Part shown: positions 12,313 through 24,498 of the stretch, in pieces
Layout: each line of letters opens with the position of its first letter
Numbering within the stretch: the stretch's first letter is position 1
The notes under the pieces: generated by a model
What the model saw: only the letters and a program-made list of their open reading frames with translations
Databases searched by the model: none
Told to the model about the DNA's origin: nothing
Source: Amphiscolops sp. MND2022
Lineage: Eukaryota
DNA length: 64,000 nt
NCBI GenBank assembly: GCA_964187785.1
Contig: OZ076409.1
Location: 61,134,001-61,198,000, forward strand
Reading direction: 5' to 3'
Made by a program: the position numbers and the translations under genes

Positions 12313-15148
12313 CTAAGGCTCAAAAAAGCGCATTTTTTTAAAAAATTTGTTAAAGGGGGACCCTTTCGACTTTTTGAAAATCCAGTCTGTTGCAAAATAT
12401 CAAAAAAAGTTGAGGGGGGGACCGTTTGGAGACATTTAAAAAATATAAAATTTTTTTTGGAAAAATTTTCGAAAAAACGAAAAATGAGATTTTTGAAACA
12501 GTCTCATAGTGCCGAAAAACTAGGAAGGGGGGTCCTTTGGGCTTTTTGAAACTTCACTTTGCTGCAAAACATCAAAAAACTTGAAGAGGGGACCCTTTGG
12601 CCACAAAAAAATTTCGAAAAAAAAGTCGCACAGTGACGAAAAAAATTGAGAGAGTCGCACAGTGCCGGAAAAAATTGCTCGAAAATGTTTCTGGCTAAAG
12701 CAAGGACTCGAACCCGTGACCGCAGGGTTCACCGTAAACCGAGTATTGACGAGTACATGTGAGCGAGAGTGAAGTCTGTAAAAAGTGGCACATACGCGAT
12801 GAGGTCTGTGGTCTGACGAAAAAAAAAAGAAAACAAGACGGGAACGTCTAAAGTCGGCGCTATATCTAAGGCTCAAAAAGCGCAAGACTTTTTTTAAAAA
12901 AATAAACTTGAATTTTTTGTTTTTCTTTCAGAAAATGTCGCATAGTGCCGAAAAATGTAAAAGGGGGACCCTTTGGGCTTTATTGACATATATTGGGTTG
13001 CAAAATATCAAAAAACTCGAAAGGGGGACTCTTTTGAGACATTAAAAAAATTTCGAAAAAAGTTGCACAATGCCGAAAAAAATCGAAAGGGGGGACCCTT
13101 TAGTCTCGTCCGGTTTTGTAGGTTACGTTAAAAAAGTAAAAAATGAAAGGGGGGACCCTTCTGCACTAACTTCCACTGACCGGACTTGGCCTTATGGTAG
13201 TAGTTTTAGTAGTTTCGATTGTAAGAAAAGTGGCCCAATCAGAGTGAGATTGTAGTCTGACAAAAAAAGAACAAGACGGGAACGTCCCAAGTCGGCGCCA
13301 TATCTTAGGCTCAAAAATATTCAAGGAACAACTATTGGAAACATTTGGAAAAATTATTTTTTTCAAAAAAAATTTGAAATTTTTTTTTCGAAAAAAAGTA
13401 TTTTTTTAGAAAGTCGCACAATGCCGAAAAACTCAAAAAGAGGCCATTCAGGCTCATTAAACGTTTTTACAAACCGAAAACTTCAAAAAAATGCAATTGA
13501 TACATTCCGAAAATTTTCGAAAAAAAAGTCGCATAGTGCCGAAAAAAACGAAAAAAATCAAACGAAACGAAACAAAGCTTTGGTCTCGCATCTACTTTTG
13601 GAAGCATAAAAAATTTGTGGTTTAGTGCGAGAATCGGACCCACGATCCCCTGCTTCTCAGAAAGTTAGTTGAACAAATGTGAACAAATGTGAACAAAGAT
13701 TGTAAGAAAAGTGGACCACTCAGAGTGAGATTGTCAACTGAAAAAAAAAAAAACTACTCACTGTAAGAGTCGGGCTTTTTTCCTTAAGGGAAAAGGCGCC
13801 GACTAAAAACTAGCCACTGTAAGAGTCGGGCACTTTTCCCTAGAAAAGCGCCGACTAAAAAACAAGACGGGAACGTCTAAAGTCGGCGCTATATCTAAGG
13901 CTCAAAATGCGCAAAAGACTTTTTTAAGAATTAAAACTTGAACTTTTTGATTTTTTTTCTTTCAGAAAATGTCGCATAGTGCCGAAAAATGCAAAAGGGG
14001 GGACCCTTTGAGCTTTATTAACATATATTCTGTTGCAAAATATCAAAAAACTCGAAAGGGGGACTCTTTTGAGACATTAAAAAATTTTCGAAAAAAATCG
14101 CACAATGCCGAAAAAAAAATCGAACCTTTTAGTCTCGTCCGGTTTTGTAGGTTACGGTAAAAAAGTAAAAAATGAAAGGGGGACCCTTTTGCACTAATTT
14201 CCGCTGACTTGGCCTTATGCTAGTCGTTTTAGTAGTTTCGATTGTAAGAAAAGTGGCCCAATCAGAGTGAGATTGTAGTCTGACGAAAAAAAAAAGAAAA
14301 CAAACTACCCACTGTAATAGTCGGGCTTTTTTCCTTAAGGGAAAAGGCGCCGACTAAAAAACGCCTCCCGTTACGACGCGTTAGGTTGTGGAAGTTTTGT
14401 ATTCTTCAAAATACGTCAAAACATCCGTCTTGGATAATGCAATGTTCGAAAGAGCCCGACCGAGGAACCCGTGAAAACATATAAAAACAGAACACGTTTC
14501 AGTCTCAGAATTGTCTTGTTTTCTGAAACAAGCAACTGTCAACAAGCAACAAGCAACCAAAACGTTCACTGTCATTCATTCACAAGGGAACTATCATTAC
14601 GTAATAACAAGCCGAGAAGGGCCGAAATCGGCGCTATATCTAAGTTATAAAAGGGGGGAGCTTTCGGGCTTTGTGAAACTCCAGCTGGTTGCAAAATATG
14701 AAAAAACATTGAAGGGGAGCCCTTCGGGGACTTGAAAAAATTTCCCAAAAAAATATTTTAAAATGAGATTTTTGAACTGTGTCACAGTGCCAAAAAATGT
14801 AAAAGGGGAGACCCTTTGGGATTTTTCGACATCCATTGTGTTGCAAAATGAGGAAACAAATGAAGGGGGGACCATTTGGTGCAATCCAAAAAGTTTCAAA
14901 AAAAGTCGCACAGTGCTGAAAAAAAGTGGGGCTATGGGGGGATCCTTAGTGTGGTTTCGAGGTTCTGGACGTCTGTTTTGTTTCTTCTTTTCGTTTAGGA
15001 CGCGCTTTTCAGGTTCGACTTGTTGAGGTTCGAAGTTGTTGAGGTTTGACATTGTTGAACAAATGAACAAAAAAGTGGACCTTACGCGTCTAAAAATAAA
15101 CTACCCACTGTAAGAGTCGGGCACATTTTCTACCAAAATGCGCCGACT
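12313..15148 (+). mobile_element. Cluster of about 5 non-autonomous Helentron/HINE (DINE-1)-like elements
   Basis: Units start AACAAG..(A)GTCGGCGC-like (12832, 13270, 13861, 14606) and end with a hairpin closing in GCGCCGACT (about 13804, 13856, 14355, 15148), i.e. subterminal inverted repeat plus terminal stem-loop; inserted in A-runs; internal AAGGGGGACCCTTT palindromes. Confidence 0.65.
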
Positions 15149-15791
15149 AAAAAAAAGATGTTCCGAAGCTTTTCTGTATGTTTAAGTATCTTTCATTCAA
15201 AAGTCAGGGATGAATTGACAGGTCAATCTGACTTTGGATGTGAAAAGTTAATTTATAAATTCTAGCGTCAGGGGTCAATTTGGATGAATGACAAGATGAA
15301 GTAAGACTTGCATAACTAATTCAAAATAGTTATCGACAAATATTTCGAAAGTCGATTGCTCAAAAATATGTTTTGTAGTTCATTCAACAGTAATAAGTGA
15401 CACGCAGCAAATGGTACATGTATCAACTTTGCTGAAATTCAGAACCAAATATGAGTAAATAAAACATCAAAGTGCTTCTCGGAACGAAGTGTGAGCCTGA
15501 ACGGAGCTGTCAATCAAAAACGAAACGCGTTTTCAAACTGTCTGCGAGTGAACAAAGTGGGCTTCTTTATTTAAGGTTAGAATACCTGTCAAATCTATCA
15601 GATGTTGTCCACGAAACTCATGTTGTTTTCAGTAATTGACAAACAATAAACTGAAACTTATAAAATTTTTGACTTCTTGTTGACAAATATTTACGTTGTC
15701 AAACTTGCTAAATGTTTACATGCACCGTTTTTTGCAGGTCACCTATAATTACCCATTTATTGCGTAATAAAATAATCGCTGACGTAATGTT

Positions 15792-15985
15792 CTAACGTGC
15801 GAGTTGTACCATCCACACTCCCCAGATGATAGACCAGAACCAGCCGATGAAGAAGACGACAGTGCACAGCTGTGAGAACCCGATCAGTAGAACATTGGCC
15901 ATCAGCTGGCCGTGACCTTGAGCGACCTCCTGCTCGTGCTGCTGTCGCCTGTACACGTGCACACAACCCGCTGCCACTATTGACC
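15792..15985 (-). CDS. stum: Host exon, stum/SPEC3-like membrane protein (C-terminal part)
   Basis: Acceptor TTTTAG at 15986; GSIVAAG...IGFSQLCTVVFFIGWFWSIIWGVWMV matches the stum-family GWxWSIxWG signature. Confidence 0.65.
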
Positions 15986-16459
15986 CTAAAAGGTCAGGAA
16001 CAGGTCACTAACGCACACAATCAATACATTTAATTTTTTAAATCAAAAACCATGGCCTGTAGGCTATCCAATTCTGCGGAAATTGGGTATCAACGAGGTG
16101 CGAAAAATTTTGTAAAAGTTGTTGATATTTTACTGAAAGGGTGTCGCTTCGGGTTTTTGCATTTTATAACAAAAGAAATTGCGTTTTTTAGCCGGAAGAG
16201 TTCTCTTTCCGATATTTTTGACCGTTATCGAACTTCTTAGAGAAAGTCTTCTCTCCTTTCAGTTTGTGATGTTTTCAGTCAAGAAAAAAATTAGGGAGAT
16301 ATTGCCCCTTTCTGGTTTCATTCGATGAAATAACGTTTTTGCTGAACTATATTAGGCCTTGCGGGGACAATGTCAGAGGAGTGGATCACGGCACCTCATA
16401 AAAGGCGGAATGAAATATACTAGAGACCGAAACTGAACTTGAGCCATATTGAACTCAGG

Positions 16460-16776
16460 CCGTTTTTCAGACCGAAACCTGTATTAGCAATTAATTACCG
16501 TCTCGTGATGATTCTTTGAAAAGGCTTACAGTAACAAGACAGATAACATAGAGAACAGAATTATTCAGTTCAACAATTTTTATAATCTTCTATCCTTCTT
16601 AAAACTAGTTAGAATCCTAGGATTCTAACTAGTTTTAAGAAGGATAGAAGATTATAAAATTGTTGAACTGAATAATTCTGTTCTCTATGTTATCTGTCTT
16701 GTTACTGGAAGCCTTTTCAAATAATCATCAGAAGACGGTAATTAATTGCTAATACAGGTATCGGTCTGAAAAACGG
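16460..16776. repeat. 317-bp near-perfect spacerless palindrome (foldback/MITE-like)
   Basis: CCGTTTTTCAGACCGA... mirrored as ...TCGGTCTGAAAAACGG, centre CCTAGG at 16616-16621. Confidence 0.9.
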
Positions 16777-18463
16777 TGTCGCAGGCTGCCGCCTATGACG
16801 GAAATAACTATACTACAGCGGCAGGAGAACAAGACCCGACACCAAGAACACTACCAATATACTGAATACAGGCTATGGACTTTAGAAACTTGTCCTTATT
16901 CAACGTTAGTTGTTATTTTGTGTATTCATGTAATAGTTTCATATTTAGATGAAGTTAATATTAGTCCGTTAAAATTGTACAATTTGGAGATATCCAAATT
17001 AGGCTACTTTGTAAAAGTGTGCAGTTGAGATGTATGTAAATTGTTGAATCAAAAGCAGTATTAATAGAAGCAACTGTAAAGCGGTATAGGAAACGAGTTC
17101 AAGTGACGCCCAGCGATAATCCAAAAACGTCACTTGAGCTCATTTTCTTAACCAATCACAGCGCTTCAATTCACGAGTGCAATATGACTTTCTTTTGGTA
17201 GTGGCCAAATATGGCCAATTGACTTAATGTCCTTGGAGTGTTTTATGCTTTGGTCAAATGGCCGGTTTAGGCCGTCTTAATGTAACGAATGATGCTGAAT
17301 TATTTGTACCCATAATTAACCATATTGGTTGGGGACTATTCTAGAAGTGCTTTAATATTAAAATAATACCAACGTACCCCTCAACGGACCAAATGAACTG
17401 AACGCTGATCAAAGGCCGAACAAGGTCTTTTACCCTTTCTTCCCTTAGTATTGTACTATTAATCAGGATTTGGCCAATTTCGGCCCTTTTAGGAAATACC
17501 CTATTCTAGTGATGCAGTGATATTTAAATAGATTGGGCATGTATTATTTGATATTGCTTCCCCCTACGTTGACCTATAGCCACGTGGTGGCACGTGCTAA
17601 CACTGCATACCAGTGCTACGAGCCTCACATTCCATTAACAAGCTTAACATTTGTTGACATTACAATAATAATATGTAGAATAGATATGTTGTTTGAAGTA
17701 CCGTTAAGAATACTTACCATTATGTTAATTGTTTGGTGTTGCATTTCAGGAGACAAATGTCAGGAATTCTCCCAATCAGGATTTCACAGAAATATGTGAT
17801 TGATGTTTTCCGATGATATGGAAAATATGTAAACAGGGATTTTTATGGTGCAGATACCTTTCAGAACCCATACCTGTTAAATACCAGAGATATGTAAAAA
17901 TCAAGTGCATTACATACCTTACAATGTCAATCTTGGATGAAAATATGTAAAATATGTGATTGTCACCCGCTCAGGGGTATAAATACCGGTGTTTAGCCTG
18001 AGTGGGACACAATTCATGTTTTACGACTCTAGAAAAGATTGATCTCCAAACGGCTTCGCTGTTATTTCCGTATTGATTAATTTATTATTGATTCGGATTT
18101 GTTTCAATGCCCACCACTAGAAAGCAAAAGAAAGCAAGGAAGTCTAGAGGACTTGAAATGTTATCCGATATTGAAAATCTGGATATCATGTTAGTTGAGA
18201 ACCATTTTGGTACCCAGGAAAGAGAAGGTAGCTTGAATAGCAATCTACCTAGAAGATCGAGGAGTTTTGCAAGTAATGAGTCCGAAAATGAAGACGGAAA
18301 CGGAGGTAGACCTAAGAGAAATTTTGACTCTAGGATGAATGCCGAATGTGACCGCAATTCTGTCACAGGTGATTCTAGCGCTGAAATAAACAGGTTGTCC
18401 AGCGAATTAAATTCTCGTATTTCAAGGGAAATGGACGAGATGATGAATTCTGTGAGTGTCCAA
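16777..18463 (+). mobile_element. Second LTR retrotransposon fragment (5' or solo LTR) interrupted by the Polinton
   Basis: Abrupt TGTCG start at the end of the palindrome, TATAAA near 17978, gag-like ORF starting inside it, cut at the AGTAGT Polinton terminus. Confidence 0.55.
18107..18463 (+). pseudogene. gag-like N-terminal fragment, truncated by the Polinton insertion
   Basis: MPTTRKQKKARKSRG basic start, helical SAEINRLSSELNSRISREMDEMMNSVSVQ, then runs into the Polinton terminus. Confidence 0.55.
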
Positions 18464-18700
18464 AGTAGTATAGGAAATCCCGAGACGGGCCACAAAAACC
18501 CCAAAAATTAAAAGTACTCAAAACCATTGATTTTAAGGACTTTTTAGAAAACAGATCATTAAAATCAGGGGTTTTCCAATTCGGACTACAGAAACCCCAA
18601 AAATTAAAAGTCCTCGCGAAGCCCTGCAAAACCATTGATTTTAAGGACTTTTCAGAAAACAAATCATCAAAAATAGTGTTTTTACCATGAAGCAAAAATT
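18464..18700 (+). repeat. Polinton left terminus (putative TIR) with internal direct repeats
   Basis: 5'-AGTAGT typical of Polinton ends; AAACCCCAAAAATTAAAAGT and AAAACCATTGATTTTAAGGACTTTT each occur twice; predicted 6-bp TSD GTCCAA. Confidence 0.7.
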
Positions 18701-18845
18701 CACTAACCTCTATGGTGGAAACTCTTAGTGGAACGGACTCCCGATGGCGCAGCTTCACGGCTTTGAGTTTACCATAGGCATGTCAAAACAAATAACAATG
18801 GCATGCCTATGGGTTTTGTATTTTTCAACTTTTTCATCTTAATAA

Positions 18846-19184
18846 ATGTATGAAACTCCGTCTCTTCATAAGTTTGGTTATTCTAGTGAACAGCTAAAAC
18901 TGAGGGAATATCAGGAGCTAAAAGATATGATAAAAAGTCAAGAAAAATTAGCCCAAATAACCCATTCAAAATTAAAAGAAGATTTGCAACGCGATTTTGA
19001 AAATGACATAGAAAATCAAGAGAAATTAATAGAAGAAAAAATGCTAGACGCGATAGCTTCCGCGATAGCTCCCGCGAAGCTGCATCAAACACTAGACCCA
19101 CAGGAAATTCAAGATGTTTTATTAAACACAAAGTTAATGAATGATATTTTTATTCCCAGTTTTCAGACCTTTCAAAAACCATAA
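18846..19184 (+). CDS. Polinton hypothetical coiled-coil protein
   Basis: 112-aa ORF with TAAATG start in the Polinton gene array. Confidence 0.6.
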   Translation: MYETPSLHKFGYSSEQLKLREYQELKDMIKSQEKLAQITHSKLKEDLQRDFENDIENQEKLIEEKMLDAIASAIAPAKLHQTLDPQEIQDVLLNTKLMNDIFIPSFQTFQKP

Positions 19185-19201
19185 ATAAATTAGAACAAAA
19201 T

Positions 19202-19684
19202 ATGAAAAAATCTTTCGCCGAACAAAGAACTGCTTTAGTAAACGAAGTACTAAATTTTATACACAACAATAGTTTTGAAATGTTGACAGTCCGTAACTTA
19301 AAGTTTCTGAGTTCAGTGGGTCAAGCTGGAATGATTTTAAATGAAAATGAAATTAATAAAATTTTTAATGGCCTAGATCAAAATAAAACTACTATAACTA
19401 ACAACATAATTCAACTGCCTTATGACAAAGGTTTGTTCGATTCCTTTCCCAATAAACATCAAGCTTTTGCAAATTATCTAACTTTTAGTGAATCCTATTT
19501 AAAGGAAAAGTATGGAAAAACAATACCTACTTCAGATGGTGAATATTATCTGTCTGATTTAGAATATTCTACCAGACAATCAATTCTGGAGTCATTGAAA
19601 AAAGATTCCTATGAAGACCTTGTTGATATGAAACACAGAATGAAATTAACACCAACGGAAATAAATTTCATTTTATATGATTAA
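19202..19684 (+). CDS. Polinton hypothetical protein
   Basis: 160-aa ORF tightly packed between neighbouring genes. Confidence 0.6.
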   Translation: MKKSFAEQRTALVNEVLNFIHNNSFEMLTVRNLKFLSSVGQAGMILNENEINKIFNGLDQNKTTITNNIIQLPYDKGLFDSFPNKHQAFANYLTFSESYLKEKYGKTIPTSDGEYYLSDLEYSTRQSILESLKKDSYEDLVDMKHRMKLTPTEINFILYD

Positions 19685-19687
19685 TAA

Positions 19688-20185
19688 ATGGAACAAAAAC
19701 TCTATCCCTCCCTGACCCCAACGGCTTCTCCCCCCGCACCATATGATGTAGAATCAATGATAAATAAGCGATTGCAAAGCGCGTTGCAAAACGAATTACA
19801 AAAAGTAAATAGTTTCAATAATCCTATTCAAAACATTAGTCTAATGATGAAATATTATGAAATGGAAGAAAAGAAATACAAACAGAAATACAACAAATAC
19901 AAGCTAATAAATAACCTAATTAACTCCCTCGATGGTATTATAGTGATTGGAACAACTTCAGCATCAATCTCACTAAGTATTACTGGTGTGGGTATTATAG
20001 TTGTTCCCATCGCTGCAGGACTTGGTTGTACAACTGGTATCCTTGTTAAGATTTGTTCCAGTTATTTGAAGAAAAAGGGGCAAAATTATAAACTTAAGTA
20101 CACTATTATTCAGAAGACTCTTGACGACTTTAGACAACTTTATGTCACTAGCCTAAAAGATAATCATATAGATGAAAAAGAATAG
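19688..20185 (+). CDS. Polinton membrane protein (coiled coil plus hydrophobic hairpin); stop may be premature
   Basis: GIIVIGTTSASISLSITGVGIIVVPIAAGLG hydrophobic segment; frame remains open after the TAG. Confidence 0.65.
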   Translation: MEQKLYPSLTPTASPPAPYDVESMINKRLQSALQNELQKVNSFNNPIQNISLMMKYYEMEEKKYKQKYNKYKLINNLINSLDGIIVIGTTSASISLSITGVGIIVVPIAAGLGCTTGILVKICSSYLKKKGQNYKLKYTIIQKTLDDFRQLYVTSLKDNHIDEKE

Positions 20186-20468
20186 CACCGATTTGTGACT
20201 CAATTTGAAAATTATCAGGTAGCTTCACACGAAGCTTCACACACAAAATCACATACAAAATCACAAGTAGCTTCCCACGCGACAGCTAACGCGACAGCTA
20301 ACACAGCTTCACACACACCACCAACAAGACCACTTAAACCACACAATTTTTTATAATTAATTTATTCAATTTTAACATAAAAAATAAAATAAAAATTAAC
20401 ACTAATAATTGAAAAACATACTATTAAAAAATATACTGCTATTAAATTCATAAATTTATTATAAATAA

Positions 20469-23400
20469 ATGGAGAACTGCAGTATTTGCAATTCTGATTA
20501 TAAAAAAGCTTACAAGTCTGATCATCTAAAATCAATAAAACATTTACAAAAATTAAATCAATATTATTGTAAAAAATGTAATACATTTATGCCATTGTCT
20601 GACTAGTCTAATCATCTAAATTCAGATGAACATAAAAACAAAACCAAACAACAACGCGAAGCTACACTAATTTGGTGTGAAGATTGTGGTAAATATATAA
20701 GTAATTCAAGACATTTCCAAAGTGAAATTCACACGTTAAGAAGTCAAAATAACACTACAAAAAACACATTTGGTAATACACTACATGATTCTGGAACTAA
20801 CGTAGAAATAATTGTGAATGAAAAAACATACATTAAACTGAGAGTAAATCCAACAAATCATCTTGAAGAACAGATTAATGATTTACTAAATAAAAATTAC
20901 TTTCCCCGATACAAGTTCCAATTGAGTTATTTAGCTAAGTTTTCGAAATACATCAACGGGCAGAGCTTCGCAGAAGAAGCTGTATTTCACAAATGGGTTA
21001 AATCAGATTTTAATTACAATCACACACAGATTGCCTTCGGCACACAGCATAACACATTAATGCAGAAATTAGATGATGAACAATTAGAAGGATCAGGTTT
21101 TGTGTTAAATGGTATTGTCAATGTAATATTAGAAATTTATAAAGTCAATGATATTCAAGCTTCTTCGTGGGTTGAGTTGCCAGAAAAATATAGGAATAAT
21201 AAATCAATTATAAATATAAAAAATGATGATCAATTTTGCTTTTTGTGGTGCATCCTAGCACATCTTTTTCCCGTTGAGGATCATAAAAATAGAACATCAA
21301 GTTATTCAATACACACGAACAAACTCATTTTAAATGGCTTAGAATTCCCCATGAAAATAAAAGATATTCCCAAGTTCGAAAACTTAAATAATTTAAACGT
21401 AAATGTATTTGAACTCACAAAAACAGTTTTAACACCAATCCATACCAACACAAACTATGATCAACCACAAATAGATTTATTATTATATCAAAATCACTAT
21501 TGTTTAATAACAAAATTGCATTGTCTAATAAATAAGGATTCACACATGAAATGGGTGTGTAGAAGATGTCTAACTGCATTTAGTTCTGAGCATATTCTCA
21601 GTCAACACATTGACCGTTGTCAAAAACAACAACCAACTAATATCACATTCAGTTGGAAGGATCACTTAAAGTTCGAAGATTATCATATGAAAGTTCCCGT
21701 ACCAATAAGAGTATATGCAGATTTCGAATGTATTAACCTGAAGTCAGATTTCCGCGAAGCTGCGCCCCAAGTATTATATAAACAAATTCCAATTGCAGTA
21801 GGATTTTATCTAATTTCACCATTTGGTAATAATTACAGCTCATACCTTGGTGAATCGTGTGTAACATGGTTTGTAAATGAAATGTTGACTTTAGAAAAAA
21901 TTGCAAATATTTATTTCGAAACTAATATTCCTCTTGAAATCGAAGAAGGCGAAGCTGCGCGCGCAGCTTCACAAGAATCATTTCAACAATCCGCGCAGCT
22001 TCCTAAAGTGTGTTGGCTTTTTGAACAACTACTTGGTGAGGATACAGTTAGAGACCACGATCACCTTACAGGCAAGTACCGAGGAGCGGCCCACAACATG
22101 TGTAATTTAAATTGTAAAAAAAGTCAAGTTCGTTCGTTTGTTCCTATATTTTTCCATAATTTCAGTGGTTATGATTGTCATTTAATTTTTGAAGAACTCT
22201 TAACATCAGCTTATAATCTAAAGTTACCAATAAATATTATACCAAAGTCAATAGAAAATTATGTAAGTGTGCAAGTAGGTTGTTTAAGGTTTTTAGACTC
22301 ATACAGATTTTTGAGTAGTAGTCTACAAAAACTTATAACATCATTAAATGATTTTCCTTATATGCAAAATGAAGGCCTAACTGATGATTTATTTAAGAAA
22401 AAACTAGCTTATCCATACGAAAAATTCAAAGTTAACAACCTGCATGAACCACTAAATCTAACAAAAGAGGACTATTGGTCAACATTAACACAATCTTACC
22501 CATGTGAGGATGGAATAAAAAGAACCCAACAATTGATTGACACTTACAACATTACAACAGCACAAGAACTAACTGAATTGTACTTAAAAATGGATGTACT
22601 ACAACTCACTGACGTGTTCGAAAACTTTGTTGAAACAAGCACTCTTATGTACGCATCTAAGCATCAATCCTTTGTACAGTTACTCTTTACCTGGTTATAC
22701 ATGGAAAGCTGGTTTAAAACATACTAAAATTAAATTAGATTTCATAAAAGACAAACAGTTATTATTACTACTTGAAAATAATATTCGTGGAGGAATTTCA
22801 AGTGTAATGGGACCCAGATACATTGAGTTAAATGAAAATACTAAATTACTGTACATTGATGCAAATAACTTGTATGGATGGGCAATGAGTCAATACCTTC
22901 CTACTGGAGACTTTAAAAAGATGCGGAGCTGTCACGAAGCTATGCAATATGATTCTGCACTGATGAATGAAATTAAAGAAGACATTTTGAATACACCAGA
23001 TGATAATGAATATGGATACTTTATAGAATGTGATTTAGAATATCCAGCAGAAATTAAAGAAAAAACCGAAAACTTTCCACTTTGTCCTTATCAAACAAAA
23101 ACCGATCCAAATCTTTTCTCAGAATACATGAACAGTGTAAAACAACCCAACTACAAACCAACCGAGAAACTTATGTGTGACCTAACAAATAAATATAATT
23201 ATATGATGCACTACAGGATGTTCAAGTTTTACACGAATTTGGGGATGAAAGTAACAAAAATTCACACAATCTACCGGTTCAAACAATCACTTTGGTTAGA
23301 ACAATACATCAATCATAACACACAAAAACGCACCAAAGCAAAAACAAACTTTGAGAAGGATTTGTACAAATTAATGAACAACGCTTTCTTTGGCAAGACT

Positions 23401-24298
23401 ATGGAAAATGTTAGAGACCGGACTAATTTAGAGTTTATCCCCCAAGCCGATATTGATCAAATAATAAAAAGACAATCGAAGTTAAGCTTTAAAGGTATTG
23501 TATATCATTACTCCGAATTCAGTGTTTACAAGTTTGATAAAGAAAAGACAGTCTTTGATAAACCAATTTACTTGGGTTTTAGTGTTTCAGAACTGAGTAA
23601 ATTGTTAATGTATGAGTTTTATTATCACAAATTGCAGCCATACTACAACACAGACGTCAAACTGCATTACATGGATACAGACTCATTAATTCTAAGTATT
23701 AATACTGGAGACCTTATGAATGATTTGGAATACTTCAAAGATGATTTTGATTTTAGCGAGCTTGATGAAAATCATGAGTTGTACAATTCTAATAACAAGA
23801 AAGTTATAGGTAAAATGAAAATAGAAACATCACCAATTATTGAATTAGACAACTTCATAGCTTTGAGATCTAAATCATATTCTTTTAGCTATGGAAGCAC
23901 AGTTCAGAAAGCAACGCAAAAGTCAAAACAAAAAGGAATACAACATACACCATTTTATTCACAATTTATAAATTCATTATTTAATTCTGAAACAACAACT
24001 GCAACTAATTATTCTATTAGAAGTAATGCTCACAACCTAACTGTTCAGAAACAAGATAAACTAGCTTTGAATCCTTTTGATGACAAGGTACTTGAATCCA
24101 ATACAAAATTTATCATGGGATAAACACACACAAAAAGGTGATTGTCCTTGTATACTTTGTATAAAATTAGTTGGTTTGTATTACACCGAACTGAGCACAA
24201 GGGATGGCACACCAATTCGGGATGAAGAAATATATTATAAAAATTTGGACTCTGAAAGAAAAATTGAATCATCAAGACCTTTTAAATCTGATAAGTGA
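20469..24298 (+). pseudogene. polB: Protein-primed family B DNA polymerase with N-terminal zinc fingers and an endonuclease VII-like insert; disrupted
   Basis: Exonuclease motifs VYADFE, FHNFSGYD, YLKMDV; polymerase motifs YIDANNLYG, KLMNNAFFGK, YMDTDS; RDHDHLTGKYRGAAHNMCN; in-frame TAG 20604, frameshifts near 22655 and 24088. Confidence 0.92.
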
Positions 24299-24498
24299 TC
24301 GGGCCCATTTATTGTGACACACATCTTTTATAATTATAATTTGTGTGAAATCATTATTTGCAGGGCTATACGCAGAGTTACGCAGATACTTTATTAGCGT
24401 TAGCTTCCGCATTATCATCAATTTATAAAAGGATAGTATTATAAATATCATCATTATTTTATAAATTTATTATTATATTCAGTATTATAAAATGAGTA

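Noticed and set aside
12690..12730. T-loop/B-box GGTTCGAGTCC on the minus strand
   Set aside because: Isolated inside a repeat unit; no cloverleaf
12301..15070. Short ORFs in the repeat cluster
   Set aside because: Low-complexity translations of non-coding repeats
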